Assembly: GCA_030698395.1 (NCBI GenBank)
Contig: JAUYKW010000018.1
Location: forward strand, 44,726-108,725
DNA from: a bacterium
GTDB lineage: Bacteria > Patescibacteriota > Patescibacteriia > UBA9570
Reading direction: 5' to 3'
Length of the DNA: 64,000 bases
Part shown: one piece after another, positions 48,722 through 57,816 of the stretch
How positions within the stretch are numbered: position 1 is the stretch's first letter
How the letters are laid out: each line of letters starts with the position of its first letter
The notes under the pieces: model-generated
Databases searched by the model: none
Seen by the model: only the letters and a program-made list of their open reading frames with translations
Told to the model about the DNA's origin: nothing
Made by a program: the position numbers and the translations under genes

Positions 48722-49573
48722 TTGTCACACAGCTATATTTTCAGTATAATATCGACAACTTTATATAACTCCAAATTCAACTGCATGAGCCTCATTTCGC
48801 ATCTAGCAACAGTTGCAAAGCCAAGTAATGTTTTGGAAAGCATTAAGAGTATCAAGTTATCGTCCCAATATTCGATTAAGGGGGACTATAAACGGATATA
48901 TCTATATCATATTCGAAAAACTGGTGGAACAAGCTTAAACCACATGTTTTTATCTCTAGGTGGTAGAGATGGCAGAGATGTTTATCGAGAGATGATGCAA
49001 AAGCCTAATCATCGAATAATTAGTAGCAATAAGGTATTTGCTGGTTTTAACCACAGTATAATTAAAAGGGGTAATTATTATTATGCTTTTTCTCATGAGC
49101 CAATGCATGAAGTTGTGATTCCTGATAAAACCTTTACTGTTACTTGTGTACGAGATCCCTTAGAAAGAGTTGTGTCTCATTATAAAATGTTGATTGAAAT
49201 GAAACAGGATAATGCAAAACATCCGGGAATGCAAAAACAAAGTAAATGGCTAGGAAATAGTTTTGAAGATTTTTTAAAGAATATTCCAAAAAAGTTTTTA
49301 TTAAATCAGTTATACATGTTTTCAAAGGAATATAGTATAGACGAAGCTACTACTAATATTGTATCTTGTTCACATTTTTTCTTCACAGAAAATTTTTCGC
49401 AAGGTGTTGCTGGGTTATCCGATAAGTTAGGAATTCAACTGCAAGCTCTTCATACTCGTAAGACCCCAAGTAGCATTATGGTTACAGAAAAAGAGCAAGA
49501 TCAGCTACGAGAAATGTTGGAACCTGAATATATTTTATATAAAAAATTATCACAAATAAAAGAATCAGCTTAA
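48722..49573 (+). CDS. Sulfotransferase (carbohydrate-sulfotransferase-like, Sulfotransfer_2-type)
   Basis: A 5'-phosphosulfate-binding loop is present (YLYHIRKTGGTSLNHMF). A 3'-phosphate-binding motif is present (TCVRDPLERVVSHYKML, RDPxxRxxS). The true start may be an internal Met. Confidence 0.6.
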   Translation: MSHSYIFSIISTTLYNSKFNCMSLISHLATVAKPSNVLESIKSIKLSSQYSIKGDYKRIYLYHIRKTGGTSLNHMFLSLGGRDGRDVYREMMQKPNHRIISSNKVFAGFNHSIIKRGNYYYAFSHEPMHEVVIPDKTFTVTCVRDPLERVVSHYKMLIEMKQDNAKHPGMQKQSKWLGNSFEDFLKNIPKKFLLNQLYMFSKEYSIDEATTNIVSCSHFFFTENFSQGVAGLSDKLGIQLQALHTRKTPSSIMVTEKEQDQLREMLEPEYILYKKLSQIKESA

Positions 49574-49575
49574 TT

Positions 49576-50316
49576 ATGAATGTTTTTAATATACCCTCAG
49601 TTATTTGGAAGAGAGTTAATAACAAAGTATATGGTTTACTAGGTAAAGATCCATTAACCAAGGAGAAAATTTATCAAGTTAAGACTGAACGAATCGGTAC
49701 AAATTATGGTGGCTGGGTGATTCCAGCAAATTATCTAACTAAAGATTCAGTTTGTTATTGTGCAGGCGTTGGTGAAGATGTTAGTTTTGATTTGGGTATA
49801 ATTAAAAAATATGTTTGTAAAGTTTATGCTTTTGATCCTACGCCACGCGCGCAAGAATACATAGAGAAAAATGTTGAGCCAGATCCAAATTTTGTTTTTG
49901 TGGACGTTGGTTTATGGGATGAAGACACCACCATGAAGTTTTATTCTCCAAAAAATCCAGATCATGTCTCACATTCGATTGTGAATCTACAGAAAACTGA
50001 TACTTATTTTGAAGCAAAGGTAAAAAGATTATCGACTATTATGAGAGAGTTACAGCATGATAAATTATCTTTATTAAAGTTAGACATTGAAGGTGCTGAG
50101 TATAAAGTGTTAGATTCTTTAGTAGATGATAAGGTTGATATTGATATATTATGTATCGAATTTGATGAGGGGCATACTAAAATGGACAATGATTATAAAT
50201 CTCGAATCAAAGGATCGTTAGAAAAACTTTTTGCCATGGGTTACGTGATGATAGATGTTGATCAGAGTTGTAATTACACCTTGATTAAAGAGAATATGTT
50301 AAGAGAATTGGCTTAG
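49576..50316 (+). CDS. FkbM-family methyltransferase
   Basis: The signature SLLKLDIEGAEYKVLDS is typical of FkbM. The SAM-binding region is CYCAGVGEDVSFDLG. Length 246 aa. Confidence 0.75.
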   Translation: MNVFNIPSVIWKRVNNKVYGLLGKDPLTKEKIYQVKTERIGTNYGGWVIPANYLTKDSVCYCAGVGEDVSFDLGIIKKYVCKVYAFDPTPRAQEYIEKNVEPDPNFVFVDVGLWDEDTTMKFYSPKNPDHVSHSIVNLQKTDTYFEAKVKRLSTIMRELQHDKLSLLKLDIEGAEYKVLDSLVDDKVDIDILCIEFDEGHTKMDNDYKSRIKGSLEKLFAMGYVMIDVDQSCNYTLIKENMLRELA

Positions 50317-50319
50317 AGC

Positions 50320-51570
50320 ATGAAAGTTGCACAGTTGAGTACAATGGATATCAAAGGAGGTGGCGGTTCTATGGCCGCCTATCGCTTGCATACTGCTTTG
50401 CGTGCTAACAATGTAGATTCTTCACTATTGGTAAAATTCAAATATAGTGATGATAAAAATGTAATCGGTAAACATCCGACTAACGAGTTAGTAAGAAAAA
50501 TTAGTTCGTTCAGTTCATTTATGGATGAAATTCCTGGTAAATTTTCTAACTCGCCTGATACGGTGTATCGTTCGAGTGCATGGTATCCGGATGGTGTGGC
50601 ACGAAAGTTAAAAGAGTTGAATCCTGACGTAATAAATCTACATTGGATTAATGGTGGCTTTGTGCGATTGGAATCTCTTGCTAAGTGGCAAGGGTCAATT
50701 GTATGGACGATGCATGATATGTGGGCATTTTGTGGCACAGAGCATTACACTAGTGATCAACGTTATCAAGAGGGATATTTAAAAACAAATCGACCAGCTG
50801 GAGAATCTGGATTTGATGTAAATCGTTGGACGTGGCAACGAAAACAAAAGGCATGGTCTACACTAACTGATCTAGTTGTAGTAACACCTAGTAAGTGGTT
50901 AGCAAGTTGTGTTCGAAAAAGTGTATTGTTCAAGAATTATCGAATTGAAGTAATTCCAAATAGTGTTAACCAAGAAATTTTTAAACCACAAGAAAAGATT
51001 GTGTTACGAAAGAAACATAATATAAATCCACAGAGTAAACTTATTTTGTTTGGCGCTGGAAATACTGCTAGTCCAAGAAAGGGAGTGGATTTACTAAAAA
51101 AAGCATTAAAAAAATTAAGTGTTAATGCTACACATAATTATATTGAGTTAGTAGTTTTTGGTAAGTATCAGCCAGAGGATTACAGTGATATTAATTTACC
51201 AATTAAGCATTTAGGTCATGTTGCTGGAGAGTCTGAGATTGCAGAAATATATTCTATGGCCGATGTATTTGTTGCTCCGTCCCGCCAAGATAATCTACCA
51301 AATACAATTGTAGAGGCTTTAGCTTGTGGAACACCATGTGTGGCATTTAATATTGGCGGCATGCCAGATATGATTGATCATCAAAATAATGGGTATTTAG
51401 CTAAAGCATTTGATGTGGATGAATTAGCTGCTGGAATTGTTTGGGTATTGGAAGATAAAGAACGATGGCAGAAGCTTTCTAGTCAATCTAGAATTAAGGC
51501 TGAAAATAATTATACATATTCAGAGCAAGCAAAAAAATATAGTGAACTTTATCAAAGCATCACTGTTTAA
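50320..51570 (+). CDS. GT4 (group 1) glycosyltransferase
   Basis: Motifs: VAQLSTMDIKGGGGS; C-terminal RQDNLPNTIVEALACGTPCVAFNIGGMPDMI (E-x7-E). Confidence 0.8.
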   Translation: MKVAQLSTMDIKGGGGSMAAYRLHTALRANNVDSSLLVKFKYSDDKNVIGKHPTNELVRKISSFSSFMDEIPGKFSNSPDTVYRSSAWYPDGVARKLKELNPDVINLHWINGGFVRLESLAKWQGSIVWTMHDMWAFCGTEHYTSDQRYQEGYLKTNRPAGESGFDVNRWTWQRKQKAWSTLTDLVVVTPSKWLASCVRKSVLFKNYRIEVIPNSVNQEIFKPQEKIVLRKKHNINPQSKLILFGAGNTASPRKGVDLLKKALKKLSVNATHNYIELVVFGKYQPEDYSDINLPIKHLGHVAGESEIAEIYSMADVFVAPSRQDNLPNTIVEALACGTPCVAFNIGGMPDMIDHQNNGYLAKAFDVDELAAGIVWVLEDKERWQKLSSQSRIKAENNYTYSEQAKKYSELYQSITV

Positions 51571-51582
51571 GGAGTTGTCTTT

Positions 51583-52479
51583 TTATTGACCTGCCTTATA
51601 TATAGCGTATCGATCAGCTAACCAATTTTGGGGAGATTGTTTTTTTGGTTGGAGTTTAGCTAGCTCGGATAAGATAGATTCAATATTATATCCAAGGAGG
51701 GATAATTTTTCTGAGTCTAATGAACGTAGATATTTTTTTGCGTACTGTATACGTAAATTTGTATTGAATGTAGTTTTCCATTTTTCTAATGACTTATTCT
51801 GTACCTGTTTTTCTTTAGCTATATAGGGATCTCCCATGGTGCCATGAAGTTTTTCTTTTTGAATATTTTGGATCATATTTGAATTGAATGGTATTTCTAG
51901 ATAGTTACAAATCTTCTCTGTAACTTCGCTTGATTTTTCTACTAACTCTTCATATTTAATTAATATACTTTTTTCTTTCAGCAATTCATATCCATCACTC
52001 AGGAGATGTGGACCTTCATACAGATCTGTATTTGAAGGTTTTACATTTAATTTACCAAAGTTCCATGTTTCAATCACTGAAGCTAATGTTGCCAAAGGAT
52101 TTCTGCCTAAAAAAATAAATTTTGCCTCAGGAAATAATTTTGCTATTTCTGGAATAATAAAATAGTAACGAGGAGTTTTATCAAGAAAATATTTTTCATT
52201 GTCACAAGCTGAACTATATATGTCAGTGACAAATTCTTTTAATGACTTATCATAAGAAAACATTTTTTTTGGAAGTTCTGAAAAAAAATCTTGTAGCGCT
52301 TGACGACAAACTTCCTTATCGTAATCTACTGTTAGATCATTTTGTTTTTTTGGATATAGGAGTGGTAACAATATCCATGGTTCAGATACAGAACAAATTT
52401 CTGGATGAGACATTAATATTTTCTGCAGTAAAGTTGAACCAGAACGAGGTGTGGAAAAGAGGAAGATTAAATTATCCAT
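51583..52479 (-). CDS. Sulfotransferase (Sulfotransfer_3-type, PAPS-dependent)
   Basis: Motifs: 5'-PSB loop FLFSTPRSGSTLLQKIL; 3'-PB region FIFLGRNPLATLASV. Length 298 aa. Confidence 0.7.
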   Translation of the reverse strand: MDNLIFLFSTPRSGSTLLQKILMSHPEICSVSEPWILLPLLYPKKQNDLTVDYDKEVCRQALQDFFSELPKKMFSYDKSLKEFVTDIYSSACDNEKYFLDKTPRYYFIIPEIAKLFPEAKFIFLGRNPLATLASVIETWNFGKLNVKPSNTDLYEGPHLLSDGYELLKEKSILIKYEELVEKSSEVTEKICNYLEIPFNSNMIQNIQKEKLHGTMGDPYIAKEKQVQNKSLEKWKTTFNTNLRIQYAKKYLRSLDSEKLSLLGYNIESILSELAKLQPKKQSPQNWLADRYAIYKAGQ

Positions 52480-53491
52480 TTTTTCTAATTAATTTGCTAT
52501 AAGCTAGAGCTAACATATCTTGAAGTTGAGTTTTTTTACAAGAAATTATTCTTCGACGTAAATCATTTGGTATTACTTGCTGAATATCATCTTGCTCATT
52601 TAATTCTTGTATTTCAGCAACATAATCTTTATTTTTTTCGTAGAGTATATCAGCGTATTCTGTTCTATCAGATAGCTTTGGATTATTATGTTCCTCAGGC
52701 CACTTTAAAAGTTGTTCTTGCAATTTAAAATAAAGTTTAACTTTTTCACTAGTTCGTAAACCATTAGTCCCAATTGGATGCCATGGGTGTGCCGTGTATG
52801 TGTCTGTAAGTACAGCTCCTTTGCTGTTAGCGGCCATTTCCAATCTGATACTGACATCTTCTCCAATTTTGGATAGAGAAGTACTCCAAAGAGGATTAGT
52901 GTCATATCCTTCTATTATATCCCAATACTTTCTTGCCGCGGATATCATTGGTCCAAAATTTCGGCGGGGTGGAAATAATTCAGGTTGTCTATATTTTGTT
53001 GGGCAAGTTGCTAGCACAGATGCTAGATCGTTGTTAGCATTTTGCCATTCCTTAAAGGATGCCCCAGCTGGGTATTGAGCCATTCTACGAAACGCATTAA
53101 ATACTTTGTACTTTCCTTGTTGATGATGCTTTGTTAGCACAGTTAGAAAGTCTTTAGGTAGAAGTTGATCTCCATCCATTACTGAAATTATATCGCCTTG
53201 AGATGCCGCTATGCCAGCATTATTACATTTTGATAAGTGATAAGCTTCAGTATTAACATTCTCGTCCAAATAAATTATCTTGATATTCATTTGGTCTTTA
53301 ACTTCTTTATGGCGATCGAACAGCGATTTTAATCCCTTTTTGTGATTATACTTATCGGCAAATTCACGGCTTCTTTGTTCAACATAAATAAGTTCAAAAT
53401 TATTCCTAGGGAAATCTTGATTTAGTAGACCATTAATTAGATGAAAAAAATTACGATAACTCGAGTCCCAACTAATGATAGAGTGTAACAT
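52472..53491 (-). CDS. GT-A-fold glycosyltransferase-like protein (GT2-related)
   Basis: It has ISVMDGDQLLP (DxD-like) after a Rossmann-like N-terminus. Length 339 aa. No close named family was recognised. Confidence 0.5.
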   Translation of the reverse strand: MLHSIISWDSSYRNFFHLINGLLNQDFPRNNFELIYVEQRSREFADKYNHKKGLKSLFDRHKEVKDQMNIKIIYLDENVNTEAYHLSKCNNAGIAASQGDIISVMDGDQLLPKDFLTVLTKHHQQGKYKVFNAFRRMAQYPAGASFKEWQNANNDLASVLATCPTKYRQPELFPPRRNFGPMISAARKYWDIIEGYDTNPLWSTSLSKIGEDVSIRLEMAANSKGAVLTDTYTAHPWHPIGTNGLRTSEKVKLYFKLQEQLLKWPEEHNNPKLSDRTEYADILYEKNKDYVAEIQELNEQDDIQQVIPNDLRRRIISCKKTQLQDMLALAYSKLIRKNG

Positions 53492-53495
53492 ATAG

Positions 53496-54467
53496 TTATT
53501 TTATATCAGTCAACCAAGCTCTTACAAGTTTGATTTCGTCGTTGGATACAAATCCATTTTTATGAAGAGCAGTGTAAACAATTTCTAAGTTTTTCAATAA
53601 ATCTTTACCTAGTTTTATATTTTGAAGTAATTCAATGATTGGTTTAGTGTTTTGATATACTTCAACTTCATCAGCAAAATCTTTCATTAAGTTGTGAGCA
53701 TTTCTTTCTTGGTAAACAGTTGCCTCAGTAAAACCTAAATGCATGCCATGTAGCCACATAATATGTTGTGCCAGATAACCTCTTAGAATATCAGTAAATC
53801 TAAAACTAACAGTTGCGGGGAGATATAATAATGGAAATGCTTTTTTTTGCCAGAAAGTATTTTGCGAATTAAACGGACAGTAACACTTTTTTGGTAAATG
53901 AATACTTTTTTTTCGATCGAATTTGGTAGTGTCGTTAAAGACTAAGCGATAAATGGCATCAACATCTGGATCTGTATCAGCTAAACCTTGCCATGCTCCA
54001 ATACTAGTTAATTTAGAATGTTGTTTTAACTTGCTCTTATTTTTTGTTTGAATGAGGTCTAACGGGTATCCTCGTGGCCAAATTAATTTCTTTGAAAAGT
54101 AATTGTATACATTATAATATTTGTCTTTTGTCTCTATACTTCTTTTGCTAGTAAAATCTGGACACTTCCAATGTTTGTATGGCAGATTGTCGTCATCTGT
54201 ATCATAGATAATATCTGCTCCTTGACGCATTGCATAAATATACCCGATGTTTTTTCTAGTATAGTGGTTATAAGGACTGTAGCGAACAAATTCGTAGCCT
54301 AGTTTTTTTTGATCTTGAACTGAAAGGAAGGTTAAGTTTTTTGAACTTTTAATTTGTGGAGTTTTTTTATCTCCAACAAGAACAACGTGCCAATCTGGAA
54401 TTTTTTCAAAAGCTTTTACCGCTTTAGTTCTGTCGTTAATGCTAGTTATGACTATGAATTTTTTCAT
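53496..54467 (-). CDS. GT75/RGP-like (DUF288/STELLO-like) protein; possible nucleotide-sugar mutase or glycosyltransferase
   Basis: It has KFIVITSINDRT...WHVVLVGDKKTPQI...RKNIGYIYAMRQGADIIYDTDDDNLPY. This parallels the RGP/UDP-arabinopyranose-mutase pattern (IV.T.R......W......H.I.V.DGD....I...........R..GY........YI...DDDC.P). Confidence 0.45.
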   Translation of the reverse strand: MKKFIVITSINDRTKAVKAFEKIPDWHVVLVGDKKTPQIKSSKNLTFLSVQDQKKLGYEFVRYSPYNHYTRKNIGYIYAMRQGADIIYDTDDDNLPYKHWKCPDFTSKRSIETKDKYYNVYNYFSKKLIWPRGYPLDLIQTKNKSKLKQHSKLTSIGAWQGLADTDPDVDAIYRLVFNDTTKFDRKKSIHLPKKCYCPFNSQNTFWQKKAFPLLYLPATVSFRFTDILRGYLAQHIMWLHGMHLGFTEATVYQERNAHNLMKDFADEVEVYQNTKPIIELLQNIKLGKDLLKNLEIVYTALHKNGFVSNDEIKLVRAWLTDIK

Positions 54468-55675
54468 GATAGTTGCGTAATTTTATAATCAGTTGGAGGA
54501 CAAGATCCTAAGACATCTCTGCGCGACACAATAAAAGGATCAATTACACTAGTTGGTTGCATTTCAAAGAATAATAATTGTGGACGGTAAAAAATTCCTG
54601 TATCAAGCAGTCCCAGCCCTAAGCTAATGCTGTAATTTCCGGGTGGAAGATTTGTATCTTCAGCAGAAATTTCAAGTTTATGTTTTCCTTTAGGAATGGC
54701 ATCTATTTTTGCTGTAACTGTCATGATGCGTGCTAACTGACTGTTAAATATTTGGATACCAACTCTAATATTATTGAGTTCTTTATCGGTGTTATTAGTT
54801 ACTAGCAACTCTGTAATCAGAGGCTTGCTGTACTGCATTTGGGACAATCTAATTTGTTCAATAGTAAAGTTTTTGATTTTTGTATCAAACGGACCAGTTC
54901 CTGATTCTTGAGAATTTGTCAGGCGTAGATATTCTTGAACAGCTTTGTCTGTATCTGCGATCGTTACAATTTTTCCTTGATTCAGCACAACGCATGATTT
55001 ACATAAGCTTTGAATTGCTCCCATATTGTGGCTAACAAAAATGATAGTGCGACCATCTTCTTTTGTTACTTCATCCATTTTGCCAAGGCACTTTTTTTGA
55101 AACTGGGTATCACCAACAGCTAGTACTTCATCTACTAAAAGAATCTCTGGTTCTAGATGGGCAGCTACAGCAAATGCTAAACGCACGCGCATCCCACTAG
55201 AATATCTTTTTACTGGGGTGTCTAAGAATTTTTCTACTTCTGCGAATTCAACAATTTCATCAAACTTTTTTGAGATTTCTCTTTTTGTCATGCCCAATAC
55301 AGCTCCATTTAGAAATACATTTTCTCGGCCAGTTAATTCTGGATGAAATCCAGTGCCAACTTCCAATAAGCTAGCAACTCTGCCACGTAAAGTTATTTTA
55401 CCAGTGGTTGGTGATGTGATGCGGGACAATACTTTTAATAGGGTACTTTTACCAGCTCCGTTACTACCGATTAATCCTATTACTTCACCTTTCTCTATAG
55501 AAAAATTTATATCTTTAAGTGCCCAGAATGTTTCTCGATGGGATTCTTTGTTTGTGAACCATTTTTTTGGATTTAAAGATTTAGCAATTACATCACGTAA
55601 AGCTACATAGGGTTCCATTTCCCCTAGTTGATATTGTTTTGAAATATTTTCAGCTAGAATTACAGGTTTGGACAT
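54464..55675 (-). CDS. wzt: ABC exporter ATP-binding protein, Wzt/TagH type, with a C-terminal substrate-binding beta-domain
   Basis: Motifs: Walker A GSNGAGKST; signature SSGMRVRLAFAVA; Walker B LLVDEVLAVGD. An extra non-ATPase domain of about 150 aa follows, as in O-antigen Wzt proteins. Confidence 0.85.
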   Translation of the reverse strand: MSKPVILAENISKQYQLGEMEPYVALRDVIAKSLNPKKWFTNKESHRETFWALKDINFSIEKGEVIGLIGSNGAGKSTLLKVLSRITSPTTGKITLRGRVASLLEVGTGFHPELTGRENVFLNGAVLGMTKREISKKFDEIVEFAEVEKFLDTPVKRYSSGMRVRLAFAVAAHLEPEILLVDEVLAVGDTQFQKKCLGKMDEVTKEDGRTIIFVSHNMGAIQSLCKSCVVLNQGKIVTIADTDKAVQEYLRLTNSQESGTGPFDTKIKNFTIEQIRLSQMQYSKPLITELLVTNNTDKELNNIRVGIQIFNSQLARIMTVTAKIDAIPKGKHKLEISAEDTNLPPGNYSISLGLGLLDTGIFYRPQLLFFEMQPTSVIDPFIVSRRDVLGSCPPTDYKITQLS

Positions 55676-55679
55676 AATT

Positions 55680-56501
55680 TTATACTACATCTGCGAACTT
55701 TTGTTCGGTTTTACGGAAATAAAATAAGCCTACAATAAATAACAATATTGAAATACCTATAGACATGGCTAGACTTTCTAGATTAATTGGCGTATTTCCA
55801 ATAATGATGGCACGAGCGTTTTCAATTACACCAGACATTGGATTAAGATTTAGAATCCATTGGTATTTCTCGCCAGCAATTTTTGCGGGATAAATTACGG
55901 GTGTTAAAAAAAGTAGCATTTGAATAAAAAACGGAATAATATATCGGACATCACGATATTTTACATTTACTGCTGATAGAAATAATCCCATACCTAAACT
56001 AGTGAAGTAGGTAATGAGAATCAATATTGGAATAAGAAATAGACTAATTGGTTTAGGGACGAATTGATAATAAAACATCATGGCACAGAGGATGGAGCTG
56101 GCAATTAAGAAATCAATAAAAGCAACAATTACTGTTGATGATGGTAATATTAATCTTGGAAAATAGATTTTTTTGATCATCTCTTGATCAGATACTAAGC
56201 TACCGCTAGCACTTGATAGTGCTTGTGAGAAAAAGAGCCAGAAAACTAAACCAACATAAACAAATATTGGATATGGAGCACCGCTAGAATCTATTTGAGC
56301 TAGGTTTCCAAAAAAGACTGTAAAAATTACCATACTTATGATAGGTACAAAAAAAGCCCACAATATTCCAATGGCTGTTTGTTTGTATCTTACTTTTACA
56401 TCTCTAAGTGCAAGAAAGTAAAAGAGATCTTTATATTGGAGCATTTCCCGGAAGTCTATCCGTAGCCAGCTACGTTTTGGTAGGATAATTGTTTCTTTCA
56501 T
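55680..56501 (-). CDS. wzm: ABC-2 exporter permease, Wzm/TagG type
   Basis: It is 273 aa with six TM helices. The N-terminus (ETIILPKRSWLRIDFREMLQYKDLFYFLALRDVKVRYKQTAIGILWAF) is typical of polysaccharide ABC-2 permeases. It is immediately upstream of wzt. Confidence 0.85.
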   Translation of the reverse strand: MKETIILPKRSWLRIDFREMLQYKDLFYFLALRDVKVRYKQTAIGILWAFFVPIISMVIFTVFFGNLAQIDSSGAPYPIFVYVGLVFWLFFSQALSSASGSLVSDQEMIKKIYFPRLILPSSTVIVAFIDFLIASSILCAMMFYYQFVPKPISLFLIPILILITYFTSLGMGLFLSAVNVKYRDVRYIIPFFIQMLLFLTPVIYPAKIAGEKYQWILNLNPMSGVIENARAIIIGNTPINLESLAMSIGISILLFIVGLFYFRKTEQKFADVV

Positions 56502-56575
56502 TTACGAAGAATATTTATAATTGAGCAGGCATACTCTACTATTTTTAAGGGTATAAGTCAACAAGTTTTATTAGT

Positions 56576-57586
56576 CTATGCTTTTTCCAGAAATACAATA
56601 AAGCTCTCTCCTTTGCCGGCTTTATCGCGTATCCGCCATGCTGGAATGGTGAAGTAACTATTCAATAATGCTAGAACTCTCAAACTGAATTCTTTGAAAC
56701 TTAAGTATTTAATATATTCTAATGTATTCATGTTCTTAGGACGCGGTTGCCAGATGGTTTCTTTGTTTCCCAGTGATACTCGTTCTTTTTTATTGGTAAG
56801 ATATTGTAATGCAACCCAACCCATTGGAGTGGTAGTTTCGGATTTAAGAACTTTGAATCCAGTTTCTTTAGCCAGAACATTTATACTTTTTTGTGAAAAA
56901 AAATTTACGTGATATGGAATGTGCCAGTTAATCCATTTTTTTTCGGTTCGCTTTGCATTTGCACTTTCTATATTTGGTGTACTAAGAATTATTTTACCAC
57001 CAACCTTTAATTTTTTTGATATTTTGATTAAAAAATCTTTAGGATCAGGTATATGTTCTATTAACTGACTCATTGTGATGAAATCAAAGAAATCATCAGG
57101 GTAAGGCATTGTGTCTATGTCGCCAAAATGTATTTCTAAATTTAGTTCGTCTGCAATTGGTTTTATATTTTTATCTAGTTCTGTTCCGTATGCATCACCA
57201 CCAAGTTTAGTAATTTCTAAAAGAGATACTCCGTTTCCGCAACCTATATCCAAAACTTTGCTACCAGCAGTTATATAACTATGACATTTATTTTTTTCTC
57301 CTTGTAGATTGTTTTTGTCGCTATTTGGTTTTCTAGAGAAATTATCAGCAGTTGCTTTTACATCATCAGCAGTCATTGCTTTTCTGGGATAATAATCTGT
57401 ATAAATACTTTCTAATACTTCACTAGATGGAATTGGGTTAATTTCAGCAAAGTTACATGATGAACATTTATTCACTGAGTATTGTTCAGGGTATCCATAA
57501 CGATCATCATGCATTTCATTGTACAGGAGTGTCGTCGGAGATTTGCATATTTTGCAGTATAATACTGCATTTTCTTCACTTAGCAT
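56576..57586 (-). CDS. Class I SAM-dependent methyltransferase with an N-terminal Cys4 zinc-ribbon
   Basis: The N-terminus has CKICKS...CSSCNF. Motif I is VLDIGCGNGVSLLEI. Length 336 aa. It is co-oriented with wzm-wzt. Confidence 0.7.
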   Translation of the reverse strand: MLSEENAVLYCKICKSPTTLLYNEMHDDRYGYPEQYSVNKCSSCNFAEINPIPSSEVLESIYTDYYPRKAMTADDVKATADNFSRKPNSDKNNLQGEKNKCHSYITAGSKVLDIGCGNGVSLLEITKLGGDAYGTELDKNIKPIADELNLEIHFGDIDTMPYPDDFFDFITMSQLIEHIPDPKDFLIKISKKLKVGGKIILSTPNIESANAKRTEKKWINWHIPYHVNFFSQKSINVLAKETGFKVLKSETTTPMGWVALQYLTNKKERVSLGNKETIWQPRPKNMNTLEYIKYLSFKEFSLRVLALLNSYFTIPAWRIRDKAGKGESFIVFLEKA

Positions 57587-57816
57587 GCTTTATTGGGTTG
57601 AAAAGATTCAATAGTTATCATGTATAGATCGCTTGTAACTAGATTAGTCTACAATTTTCATTATCTAGCGTCAATTGCCAGCTCTTGACTGAAAATATCC
57701 TTTTTGTTACTGTTTGTTCACTAAATAAATAATACTTCTACTCTTTAATCCATATTATAGGAGCGAGATCATATCGCGACGCTATAATGGGTAGTTGTTA
57801 AGAACAATACAATACA

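Noticed and set aside
57587-57816. Possible regulatory hairpin GCGAGATCATATCGC upstream of rpsF
   Set aside because: It is only a 4-bp stem (GCGA/TCGC) around a GATC-containing loop. It is too weak to call.
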